A stretch of DNA of 64,000 nt from contig JBQTGV010000036.1 of the NCBI GenBank assembly GCA_052390515.1, positions 20,779 through 84,778 on the forward strand, read 5' to 3'. Of this stretch, positions 9,432-17,985 are shown piece by piece; the first letter of the stretch is position 1; every line of letters starts with the position of its first letter. The notes under the pieces are model-generated. The model did no database searches, was not told where the DNA came from, and was given only the letters and a program-made list of their open reading frames with translations. The position numbers and the translations under genes are program-made. The stretch comes from Candidatus Eiseniibacteriota bacterium (GTDB lineage: Bacteria > ARS69).

Positions 9432-10175
9432 CTAGGAGGCCATGTCGCGCAGCGCCCGCGAGCCCGAGCGACTCGCCACGATCCGCTGCCCATCACGCAG
9501 GGTGACGGCGAGCCGCCGGTCGCCGTGATCGCGGATCGAGGCGATCTCGTCGAGGTTCACGATGTGCGAGCGATGGATCCGCAGGAAGCGCTCCGGATCG
9601 AGACGGGACTCGAGTTCGCCGAGCGTCACGTGCAGGAGGTGCGTGACCCCGCCAACATGGACCGTGACGTAGTCGTCGGCCGCCTCGATGTGCGAGACCC
9701 TTTCCAGCAGGATCGGAACGATGCCGTCGGCGCGCCGGGCGAAGAGCCGCTTCAGCGGCCCGCTCCCGAGCGCGGCGCGCGCCCGCTCTCCAGCCGCGGC
9801 TTGGGCCCGGCCGCCCTCCGTCAGGCGCCGGCGCACGCGCTCGAGCGTCGTTCGGAACCGCTCCTCGCCGAACGGCTTGATCAGGTAGTCGATCGCCTCC
9901 AGCTCGAACGCCGCCACCGCGAAGCGGTCGTATGCCGTCGTGAACACGACGGCCGGGTCGTGCCGGATCGTCTGCAGCACCTCGAGTCCGGAAAGCTCCG
10001 GCAGCTTCACGTCCAGGAAGACGAGGTCCGGCTCGAGCGCGTCGATCAGCTCCACCGCTTCGCGTCCGTCCGCCGCCTCGCCGACGCTCTCCAGCCAGTC
10101 GACCCCACGCACGTAATCGCCCAGCGTCTTCCGGGCGAGCGGCTCGTCTTCGACGATCACGACGCGTGTCTTCAC
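9432..10175 (-). CDS. LytTR family response regulator
   Basis: VIVEDEPLAR, FLDVKLP, DYLIKP and FLRIHRSHIVN; GTG start overlaps the kinase stop. Confidence 0.95.
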   Translation of the reverse strand: MKTRVVIVEDEPLARKTLGDYVRGVDWLESVGEAADGREAVELIDALEPDLVFLDVKLPELSGLEVLQTIRHDPAVVFTTAYDRFAVAAFELEAIDYLIKPFGEERFRTTLERVRRRLTEGGRAQAAAGERARAALGSGPLKRLFARRADGIVPILLERVSHIEAADDYVTVHVGGVTHLLHVTLGELESRLDPERFLRIHRSHIVNLDEIASIRDHGDRRLAVTLRDGQRIVASRSGSRALRDMAS

Positions 10176-11260
10176 TCCCACCTCCTCGCCGGGATCCGGA
10201 GGCGAACGGCGAAGCCGGCGCCGGGGACTCTCCCGTCGACCACCATCTCGCCACGGTCCCCGTACAGAGCCTCGATCCGCTGGCGCACGAGGCGCAGTCC
10301 CATCCCCGCGCTCGAGCGGACGGCCTCCGCGTCCGCCCCCATGCCGTCGTCCTCCACGCGAAGCTCGACGTACCCTTCGTCGAGCCGTGCGCCGATCGCC
10401 AGCGTCCCTCCCCGGGCCTGCGGCGCTATCCCGTGCCGGACCGCGTTCTCCACCAGCGGCTGGAGGCAGAAGACCGGCACGACGCAGTCGAGAGCCTCCG
10501 CCCGTACGTCGATCCGCAGCCGTAGCCGGTCGCCGAGACGGAGCTGCTCGAGCGCGAGGTAGTCGCGGACGAACTTCCACTCCTCGGACAGGGGACCCTC
10601 GTCGCGCGTCTCCCGTTGCACGCGCAGCGAGTAACGCAGCAGATCCCCGAACTGCTCGAGCGCCTTCTCCGCGCGCGCCGCGTCTTCGCGCACCAGCGCG
10701 AGAAGCGTGTGCAGCGTGTTGAACAGGAAGTGGGGGTTGAGCTGCGCGCGCAGCGCGGTGAGCTCCGCCTCGGCCTGCAGCGCGCGGGCGCGCGCGGAGC
10801 GCTCCTCCTCGGCGCGGAGCCTCGACTGGATCTCGGTGGTGTAGGTGACGCCGGCGATCGCGCAGTACACGATGACGGCGATGAGCAGCTGCCACAGCGC
10901 GATGGCCGGCACGAAGGCGTCGAAGTGGAGGGACCCGTTCCTCCAGGAGCCGAGCGCCACGAAGAGCGCGCTCTCGATCCCCGCAACGACGACGCCCCAC
11001 GCCAGAGCGAGGGCGGCGTGGACGGCGAAGAAGCGGCCGGGCGAATCCGGAGTCCAGCGCAGCCGGCGGCAGAGCCGCACCAGCGGAACGCCGAGAACGG
11101 CGGCGGGCGCGGTGTTGATCAGCGCGCCGAGCAGGACCCAGAGCAGCGGGTCCTGGCCGCTGGCGACGAACGCCAGGATGATGATCGCGAGGAAAGGCGC
11201 CCACGCGAGGGCGTACCAGGTCCAGAAGCGCGCGTGGCGGAGATCCATCTGCGCGGTCAT
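10172..11260 (-). CDS. LytS/AlgZ-type sensor histidine kinase
   Basis: N-terminal TM helices; LRAQLNPHFLFNTL, LQPLVENAVRHG and GMGL. Confidence 0.95.
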   Translation of the reverse strand: MTAQMDLRHARFWTWYALAWAPFLAIIILAFVASGQDPLLWVLLGALINTAPAAVLGVPLVRLCRRLRWTPDSPGRFFAVHAALALAWGVVVAGIESALFVALGSWRNGSLHFDAFVPAIALWQLLIAVIVYCAIAGVTYTTEIQSRLRAEEERSARARALQAEAELTALRAQLNPHFLFNTLHTLLALVREDAARAEKALEQFGDLLRYSLRVQRETRDEGPLSEEWKFVRDYLALEQLRLGDRLRLRIDVRAEALDCVVPVFCLQPLVENAVRHGIAPQARGGTLAIGARLDEGYVELRVEDDGMGADAEAVRSSAGMGLRLVRQRIEALYGDRGEMVVDGRVPGAGFAVRLRIPARRWE

Positions 11261-11300
11261 TGTACGCGGCCCAGTGGCGAGGGAACAAGCGCGGCTCGGC

Positions 11301-12341
11301 TCACTCCAGGCCTGCGAGGAACTCCGCGATCGCGCTGCCCACCTCCGCCGGCCGGTCGAACCAGAGGCACGCCCGCGAATCCGGGACGACGCGGCGGGTG
11401 AAGGGCGCGCCGCTGCCGATGCAGCCGTCCCAGCTGTCGTGGCAGAGGCTCTTCATGTAGTCGTTGTCGGGATCGTGGGCCGCGCCCTCCAGACCGGGCT
11501 CCAGCAGGAGCGTCGGCACGGCGAGGTCGCCCAGTTCCGCGCAGATGTCCTGCGCGTTGTACTCGCAGAGGTAACGCACCCAGACGTGCAGCTTCGGTGT
11601 GGCCGCTTCGCGCCACAGCCGCAGCCCGCGCACCGGATCGACGGCGTAGTCGCTCGGCAGGAAGTTGTTGTCGTCCCACGTCTCGCGGGTCACGGTCTTG
11701 AACCACAGCGGCGCCATGTACTTGTCTATGGAGATCAGTCGCCGTTCCGGCGTCGAGATCCAGGCTGCCCGTTCCGGATCGGTCGTCGTCATCCGCGCGG
11801 AACCCGCGAGCAACACCACCGCCGCCACTCGATCGGGGCGCGCCATCGCCAACCGCAGCGCGACTTGCGTGCCACCGATCCAGTGGCCGACGACGACGGC
11901 GTCTTCCATGTTCTCGCCGTCCATCAGCCGCTCGATGGCGCCGAGCGCGGCGGTGGTCCAGGTCTGCTCGCCGAAGCTCGTCGTCTCCGACGGCGAACGC
12001 GGTGCCGGCGTTCCTCCGAAGCCGGGCAGCGTGACCGCGACCATCCGATAGTCGGAGGCATGGGCCTTCATGAACTCGGCGAACACGCCGCCGCTGAAGC
12101 CGAGCCCCGGCACGAGGATCATCGCCCTGTCTCCCGTGCCTTGCCGGAGCACGCCGCCGAGCGTTCCGAGATCGGCGGTCTCGTAGCCCGGCGGATCGAC
12201 CAGGTTGTTCAGGGCGGGATCCTGGATCATGATCCGGATGCACGCTTCCTGCCCGCGGGCGGTCCCGGCCGCGAGGACGGAAGCCAAGCAGGCCATCGCG
12301 GCCGTCCTCGTCAGCGATGCCACGGTCCGAGTGTTCTTCAT
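11301..12341 (-). CDS. Secreted alpha/beta-hydrolase-fold protein with a non-canonical active site
   Basis: Signal peptide; LVPGLG and TLPGFGG; elbow reads GHWIGG instead of GHSxGG. Confidence 0.85.
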   Translation of the reverse strand: MKNTRTVASLTRTAAMACLASVLAAGTARGQEACIRIMIQDPALNNLVDPPGYETADLGTLGGVLRQGTGDRAMILVPGLGFSGGVFAEFMKAHASDYRMVAVTLPGFGGTPAPRSPSETTSFGEQTWTTAALGAIERLMDGENMEDAVVVGHWIGGTQVALRLAMARPDRVAAVVLLAGSARMTTTDPERAAWISTPERRLISIDKYMAPLWFKTVTRETWDDNNFLPSDYAVDPVRGLRLWREAATPKLHVWVRYLCEYNAQDICAELGDLAVPTLLLEPGLEGAAHDPDNDYMKSLCHDSWDGCIGSGAPFTRRVVPDSRACLWFDRPAEVGSAIAEFLAGLE

Positions 12342-12405
12342 CGTCGCCTCCTCGATTCGCGCTCGGTCGATCTAACCGGCTCGCGGACGGCGGAGCCACT
12401 GCGGA

Positions 12406-12437
12406 TCGGCGAACGGGCCGTCGCGTCGGCGGACGGG
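12406..12437 (-). promoter_or_regulatory. Direct repeat pair, candidate LytTR binding site
   Basis: TCGGCGAACGGG (12406) and TCGGCGGACGGG (12426), 20-bp period, upstream of the hydrolase-LytS-LytTR unit. Confidence 0.5.
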
Positions 12438-12577
12438 GAGGCCCTGAGCGGCCGCGGGCCTGAGCGGCCGCCACGCCGGGGCGAACGCGAGGAGACGCGG
12501 ATGCCGCTTGTCCTCCGGGTACGCGCGCGGGTACAACGTGGACCTTCCGCGCTCCGCGCTGCGATCGGGAGGCCGCC

Positions 12578-13102
12578 TTGCGCTTCAACGTCCTGAACAG
12601 GAAGGTTCACTACTGGATCAGCGCGTTCGTCGCAGTTCCGGTGATGGTCATCATCGCCAGCGGCCTGCTGCTCCAGATGAAGAAGCACTGGAGCTGGATT
12701 CAGCCCGAGGAGCAGCGGGGCACCGGCACGTCACCGCAGGTCGACCTCGAGGAGATCCTCGCGGGCGTGCGCGACGTCCCAGAGCTCGGCGTCAGCGGAT
12801 GGGATGACGTCAACCGGCTCGACGTGCGGCCGGCACGAGGTCTGGCGAAAGTCTGGTTGCGGAGCGGGTGGGAAGTCCAGGTGGACCTGGGCACGGGTGA
12901 GGTGCTGCAGACGGCTTACCGGCGGTCGGACCTGATCGAGTCGATTCACGACGGCTCCTTCTTCGCCGGGAACGTGAGCAAGCTCGGCGTCTTCCTGCCG
13001 AGCGGCGCGGCGCTCCTGGTGATGTGGGCGACGGGCATCTGGATGTTCTGGCTTCCGCTGTCGGCGAAGCGCAAGCGTCGTGCGGCGTCGTTGCGGCAGT
13101 GA
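12578..13102 (+). CDS. PepSY-associated TM protein
   Basis: RKVHYW, VQVDLGTGEVL and IESIHDGSFF. Confidence 0.85.
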   Translation: MRFNVLNRKVHYWISAFVAVPVMVIIASGLLLQMKKHWSWIQPEEQRGTGTSPQVDLEEILAGVRDVPELGVSGWDDVNRLDVRPARGLAKVWLRSGWEVQVDLGTGEVLQTAYRRSDLIESIHDGSFFAGNVSKLGVFLPSGAALLVMWATGIWMFWLPLSAKRKRRAASLRQ

Positions 13103-13137
13103 CGGAGGAGCGGCCGGTGTCGCGAACCGAGAGGGTC

Positions 13138-13827
13138 ATGCGGTGCTTCGCCCTGGCCGCGGTGCTCGTGAGCGCGGCCGTCGCGTGCGCCTCGGATCCG
13201 CCGGCGCCGCGAAGCGTGACCTTCCCCACCGAGGACGGCGGGCTGATCCACGCCGACCTTTACGGCGAGGGGGTTCAGGGGGTGGTGCTCGCCCACGGTG
13301 GCCGCTTCGACAAGGGTAGCTGGGCGCCACAGGCGCGCCGGCTGGCGGACGCGGGATTCCTCGTGCTGGCCATCGACTTCCGCGGCTACGGTCTGTCGAG
13401 AGGCCCGGGCGATTCCGATCCGCTCGGCGCTCCGTTGCACCTCGACGTTCTCGCCGCCGTCCGCCACCTGCGCAGCGCCGGCGCGAGCACCATCGCCGTG
13501 GTGGGCGGGAGCATGGGAGGCACCGCGGCCGCTCACGCCTCCATCGAATCGGAGCCGGGAGAGATCGACCGGGTCGTCCTCCTGGCGGGTGTCGCGCGGG
13601 ACTCCCCCGACCGGATCAAGGGAAGGAAGCTGTTCATCGCGGCGCGCGGGGACACGACGGCGAGCGGCAAGCCGCGCCTCATCGGCATCCGCGAGCAGTT
13701 CGGGCTGGCTCCAGATCCGAAGGAGCTCGTGATCCTGGAGGGTTCGGCGCACGCGCAGTACCTCTTCGACACGGATCAAGGAGAGCGGCTGATGGCCGAG
13801 ATCCAGCGCTTCCTGTCGGCGCCGTGA
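13138..13827 (+). CDS. Secreted alpha/beta hydrolase, possibly a lipoprotein
   Basis: DFRGYG, GGSMGG and GSAHAQ; hydrophobic N-terminus ending AVAC. Confidence 0.88.
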   Translation: MRCFALAAVLVSAAVACASDPPAPRSVTFPTEDGGLIHADLYGEGVQGVVLAHGGRFDKGSWAPQARRLADAGFLVLAIDFRGYGLSRGPGDSDPLGAPLHLDVLAAVRHLRSAGASTIAVVGGSMGGTAAAHASIESEPGEIDRVVLLAGVARDSPDRIKGRKLFIAARGDTTASGKPRLIGIREQFGLAPDPKELVILEGSAHAQYLFDTDQGERLMAEIQRFLSAP

Positions 13828-14441
13828 AGTCGGTCGATCCCCGCGGCCCTGAGCGAGGGCGCTGCGAGGCGACCGGCCCGCCCCGGATCCGCCGCGCTGT
13901 CGCCGAGGACGCGGCTGCCCTCGCGGATCTAGCCGCGCGGACCCTTCGCGACGCCTATTCGCCGATCCACACCCCCGAGGAGCTGGCCACGCACATCGCC
14001 TCGAACTTCACGCTCCCGCAGATGCTGGCGGCGATCGAGCATCCGGACTCGGCGACGTTTCTCGCTCTCGTCTCCGGCGAACCCGTAGGCTACGCGACGC
14101 TTCACGCCGGCCACCCGCCGCCGTGCGTCTTCGGACCTTCGCCGGTCGAGCTGGCCCGCATCTACCTCACGAAGGAGACGGTCGGGAAGGGCGCCGGGTC
14201 GGCGCTCCTGGAAGCCTGCCTCGACGAGGCACGGCGTCGGGGTCACGAGACGATGTGGCTCGGCGTCTGGGAAGAGAACGCACGAGCGATCGCGTTCTAC
14301 GGAAAGTGGGGGTTCCGACGCGTCGGGACCCACGCGTACGTCTTCGGAGGGAACGAGTACGAGGACTTGGTCCTGGCGAGGTCCATCGCGGGCGGCAGGG
14401 CGGCCGGTGCGGCCTCGCCCACGGAAGGATCGTCATCATGA
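13824..14441 (+). CDS. GNAT N-acetyltransferase (PaiA-like)
   Basis: ELARIY, GKGAGSALL and WLGVWEENARAIAFY. Confidence 0.9.
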   Translation: MKSVDPRGPERGRCEATGPPRIRRAVAEDAAALADLAARTLRDAYSPIHTPEELATHIASNFTLPQMLAAIEHPDSATFLALVSGEPVGYATLHAGHPPPCVFGPSPVELARIYLTKETVGKGAGSALLEACLDEARRRGHETMWLGVWEENARAIAFYGKWGFRRVGTHAYVFGGNEYEDLVLARSIAGGRAAGAASPTEGSSS

Positions 14442-14548
14442 GAGTCGGAATCCTCCGGCCGCGCCTCGGCGGCTTCGCCGAAGCGGCGAAGCACGACGAC
14501 TGGACCCACGCGTTCAAGCTGGTCCGCCGAGTCTCGCCGCGCCCGTAG
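14438..14548 (+). pseudogene. 36-aa collapsed remnant of an NADPH-dependent F420 reductase-like gene
   Basis: MRVGIL + GGFAEAAKH + DDWTHAFKLVR resemble the N-terminal, middle and C-terminal signatures of the family, all in one frame. Confidence 0.55.
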
Positions 14549-14581
14549 ACGCGCCCTCGCGGGCCGGCATACGCTCCGCCG

Positions 14582-16201
14582 ATGCGCGAGCATGTGACTC
14601 TGTTGCGACCCGACGCGCGGCCCGACGCACGTCCGCGGTCCGGACGGGGCGTCTCCTCGGCGCTTCCCGCGGATCTTCTCGAGCAGGTGCGGGGGCGAGT
14701 CCAGCTCCTCGCGCTGCTGCTGCTCATCGCGTTCGTGTTCGACCCGACGCTCTCGCTCGTCAACTGGATCGGAGCCAAGCTCACCGGGAGCACGCTGCCG
14801 CCCGACTTCGCCCTCGCGAGGCCGTTCGAGGCGGTCGACCTCGTCGCCGCGGCCGCCTCTCTCGGTCTGTGGTGGCTCGCCCGCCGCCGCGACGTGTCGC
14901 CGTCCCGCCTGCTCACCGTCGGTCTCGTCTACGAGGTCATCGTCTGCTTCGAGGTCGCGCTGTCGACGTTCTGGCAGCACTGGCTGCAGAACGGCCAGCT
15001 TCCGAACCTCACCTGGGTGCCGGTGGTGATCATCCTCTTCCCGCTGATCATGCCCGGGCCGCCGCGCCGCATGCTCGTCGCGGCGATTGCGGCAGGGGCC
15101 ATGGCGCCGTGCGCGCTCTCGATCCTGGAAGTCTCCGGGGCCGTGCCGGCCGGCGTGGAGGACTACGTGCGCACGTCGGTCCACTCCGGATTCGCGATCC
15201 TCTTCGCTCACCTCGGTGCGAGAGTCGTCTACGGGCTCGGCCGCGAGATCGCGGCGGCGCGCGAGCTGGGCAGCTACCGTCTGGAAGAGCGTCTGGGTCA
15301 GGGGGGCATGGGCGAGGTGTGGCGCGCGCGACACCGCATGCTGGCGCGGCCGGCGGCCATCAAGCTGATCCGCCCGATCGAGTCGGGCAACGGGCGGGTG
15401 GACGCCGCGTCGGACATCGCCCGGCGCTTCGAGCGGGAGGCGCAGACCATCGCCCGCCTCCGTTCGCCGCACACCGTGGACCTCTTCGACTTCGGCGTCG
15501 CGGAGGACGGAGCGTTCTACTACGTGATGGAGCTGCTCGAAGGCGTGGACGCGGACACGCTGGTGCGGCGGTACGGTCCGGTTCCCCCCGAGCGCGCGAT
15601 CTGGCTGCTCCGTCAGGTGTGTCACTCGCTCTCGGAGGCGGAGTCGTGCGGGCTCGTGCACCGTGACATCAAGCCCGCGAACATCTTCCTGTGCCGGTAC
15701 GGTGAGGACTGCGACTTCGTCAAGGTGCTGGACTTCGGGCTGGTGAAGCCGCTCGACGACGCGGCGGCGCTCGAGACCGCCCTGACCCGCGAGAACGCGG
15801 TCCACGGCACGCCGGCGTTCATGGCACCGGAGCAGGCGCTCGGGCGGAGCCGGCTCGACGGCCGCGCGGACATCTACGCGACGGGTTGCGTGGCGTACTG
15901 GCTGCTGACCGGGCAGCTCGTGTTCGACGGAGAGACTCCCATGGAGCTGCTGGCGAAGCACGTGCACACGCCGCCCACGCCGCCGTCCGCGTGCTCGGAG
16001 CTGCCCATCCCCGAGGCCTTGGATCGCCTGGTGCTGACGTGTCTGGCGAAGGACCCGGCCGATCGCCCGCAGTCGGCGAGGGAGCTTTCACAGCGGCTCG
16101 GCGCGCTCGAGGGAGCGGACGGATGGCCGGAGGCGCGGGCACGGGAGTGGTGGGCGAAGCACCGTCCCACCCCCGCAACGGGAAGCGGGGCAGGCGAGTA
16201 G
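14582..16201 (+). CDS. Membrane-anchored Hanks-type Ser/Thr protein kinase
   Basis: LGQGGMGEV, AIK, HRDIKPAN, DFG and GTPAFMAPE; multi-TM N-terminus. Confidence 0.95.
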   Translation: MREHVTLLRPDARPDARPRSGRGVSSALPADLLEQVRGRVQLLALLLLIAFVFDPTLSLVNWIGAKLTGSTLPPDFALARPFEAVDLVAAAASLGLWWLARRRDVSPSRLLTVGLVYEVIVCFEVALSTFWQHWLQNGQLPNLTWVPVVIILFPLIMPGPPRRMLVAAIAAGAMAPCALSILEVSGAVPAGVEDYVRTSVHSGFAILFAHLGARVVYGLGREIAAARELGSYRLEERLGQGGMGEVWRARHRMLARPAAIKLIRPIESGNGRVDAASDIARRFEREAQTIARLRSPHTVDLFDFGVAEDGAFYYVMELLEGVDADTLVRRYGPVPPERAIWLLRQVCHSLSEAESCGLVHRDIKPANIFLCRYGEDCDFVKVLDFGLVKPLDDAAALETALTRENAVHGTPAFMAPEQALGRSRLDGRADIYATGCVAYWLLTGQLVFDGETPMELLAKHVHTPPTPPSACSELPIPEALDRLVLTCLAKDPADRPQSARELSQRLGALEGADGWPEARAREWWAKHRPTPATGSGAGE

Positions 16202-16283
16202 AGGGGCCGAGCATCCGCCGGGGCGGACGCTGCATCTCAGGACCAGCACGCCACCCCGGAAGGCGGCTCCAAGGAGGCACCCG

Positions 16284-17213
16284 ATGTCCATCCGACCCGT
16301 TCAACGCGAGATCAGCTCCCGGCCGACCGTCGAAGGGGCAGGCGTCAAGCTGCGCCGCGCCTTCGGCTTCGGCGAAACCGACGAGTTCGATCCGTTTCTC
16401 CTGTTCGACGACTTCCGCAACGATCGCCCGGAGGATTACCTCGCCGGCTTCCCGTGGCACCCGCACCGCGGCATCGAGACGATCACCTACGTGCTCACCG
16501 GCGAGGTCGACCACGGCGACAGCCTCGGGAACAGCGGCACGCTCGGCGCCGGCGACGTCCAGTGGATGACGGCGGGCAGCGGGATTCTCCATCAGGAGAT
16601 GCCTCGCGGGGACCAGCATGGGCGCATGCACGGCTTCCAGCTCTGGGCGAACCTGCCCTCCGCGCTGAAGATGACCACGCCGCGCTACCAGGACGTCTCT
16701 TCGCGGGACATTCCCGCGATCGTGGACGACGATGGCACGCGAGTCCGCGTCGTGTGCGGGAGCTTCTGGGGGAAGACGGGACCGGTGGACGGGATCGCGG
16801 CGGATCCGCGTTACCTCGACGTGTTCGTCCCGGCGGGGCTGCGCAAGACGCTTCCCGTGCAGACGACGCAGCACGCCTTCGCGTACGTCTTCGAGGGCAG
16901 CGGTACGTTCCGCGACGCCTCCGCCCCACGCGAGGTCCGCACCGACGGTGTGGGCGCGCCGGCCGCGGCGGCGACCGCGGACGCGGCGGCGGCGGTCCAG
17001 GGTGAGTCCGGGGACAGATCGCTCGTGCTCTTCGGGAACGGAGACGAGGTGACGGTGCGGGCGGGCGAGAAGGGGATCCGCTTCCTGCTCGTCTCCGGAC
17101 GGCCGTTGGAGGAGCCGGTGGCCTGGTACGGGCCCATCGTGATGAACACGCACCGGGAGCTCGAGCAGGCCATCGCCGAGCTGCGGGCGGGGACGTTCAT
17201 CAAGTCCCGATGA
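16284..17213 (+). CDS. Pirin family protein
   Basis: DPFLLFD, HPHRGIET, QWMTAGSGILHQE and GPIVMNT. Confidence 0.95.
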   Translation: MSIRPVQREISSRPTVEGAGVKLRRAFGFGETDEFDPFLLFDDFRNDRPEDYLAGFPWHPHRGIETITYVLTGEVDHGDSLGNSGTLGAGDVQWMTAGSGILHQEMPRGDQHGRMHGFQLWANLPSALKMTTPRYQDVSSRDIPAIVDDDGTRVRVVCGSFWGKTGPVDGIAADPRYLDVFVPAGLRKTLPVQTTQHAFAYVFEGSGTFRDASAPREVRTDGVGAPAAAATADAAAAVQGESGDRSLVLFGNGDEVTVRAGEKGIRFLLVSGRPLEEPVAWYGPIVMNTHRELEQAIAELRAGTFIKSR

Positions 17214-17701
17214 CGCAGGCGGGCGAGATCCGGATACGCTCCGGCACCGCGGGCGATCTGTCCTGGGTCGTGGAGGCGCTGACCCGCGAATGGGGCGGTC
17301 CCCGGATCGTGTCGCGCGGGTCGTGGTACCGCGCGGACGAGCTGCCGGCGCTCGTCGCCGAGCGTGACGGTCGCCGGGTCGGCCTCCTGACCTACCGTTT
17401 CGCCGAGGAAGAGCTCGAGGTCGTGACTCTGCAGGCTTTCGAGCCGAGGTCGGGCGTGGGAGCGGCTCTGCTTCGGGCCGCCCGGGACCTGGCGAGGAAC
17501 GCGGGCTGCCGGCGTCTCTGGCTCGTGACCACGAACGACAACCACGGCGCCATCCGCTTCTACGAGGCGATGGGCATGCGTCTCCACGCGGTGCATCGCG
17601 GCGCGATGACCCGGGCACGCGAGATCAAGCCCACGATCCCGCTGCTCGGGCACGGCGGGATCCCGATCGAGGACGAGCACGAGTTCGAGCTCGTACCGTG
17701 A
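17210..17701 (+). CDS. GNAT N-acetyltransferase
   Basis: SGVGAALL and WLVTTNDNHGAIRFY. Confidence 0.9.
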   Translation: MTQAGEIRIRSGTAGDLSWVVEALTREWGGPRIVSRGSWYRADELPALVAERDGRRVGLLTYRFAEEELEVVTLQAFEPRSGVGAALLRAARDLARNAGCRRLWLVTTNDNHGAIRFYEAMGMRLHAVHRGAMTRAREIKPTIPLLGHGGIPIEDEHEFELVP

Positions 17702-17985
17702 CTCCTTCTCCACGCGCACACGAAGCCGCAGTGCGCCGGATGGGAGGGCTGGTCGGCGCGAACGTGCTGCAACACGCTCTCGGACACCTCGAGACGATGC
17801 TTGACGCGGCGGAGAAACGGGAGATCCTCGCCGCAATCGACGACTTTCGCCGGGGTCTACTGCCGCTCGTCGTTCCGCTCACGCTCCTTCGCTACAACAT
17901 CCGCCGCCACGGGGTCGAGTACCTGTCGGGCCAGCTCTACTTCGATCCCCACCCGAAAGAGCTCATGCTCCGGAACCGGGTGTGA
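17698..17985 (+). CDS. Hypothetical protein (95 aa)
   Basis: GTGA overlaps on both sides; no family recognised. Confidence 0.55.
   Translation: MTPSPRAHEAAVRRMGGLVGANVLQHALGHLETMLDAAEKREILAAIDDFRRGLLPLVVPLTLLRYNIRRHGVEYLSGQLYFDPHPKELMLRNRV

Noticed and set aside
9432-11288. 618-aa ORF as a hybrid kinase-regulator
   Set aside because: The kinase is in a different frame; the regulator starts at GTG10175
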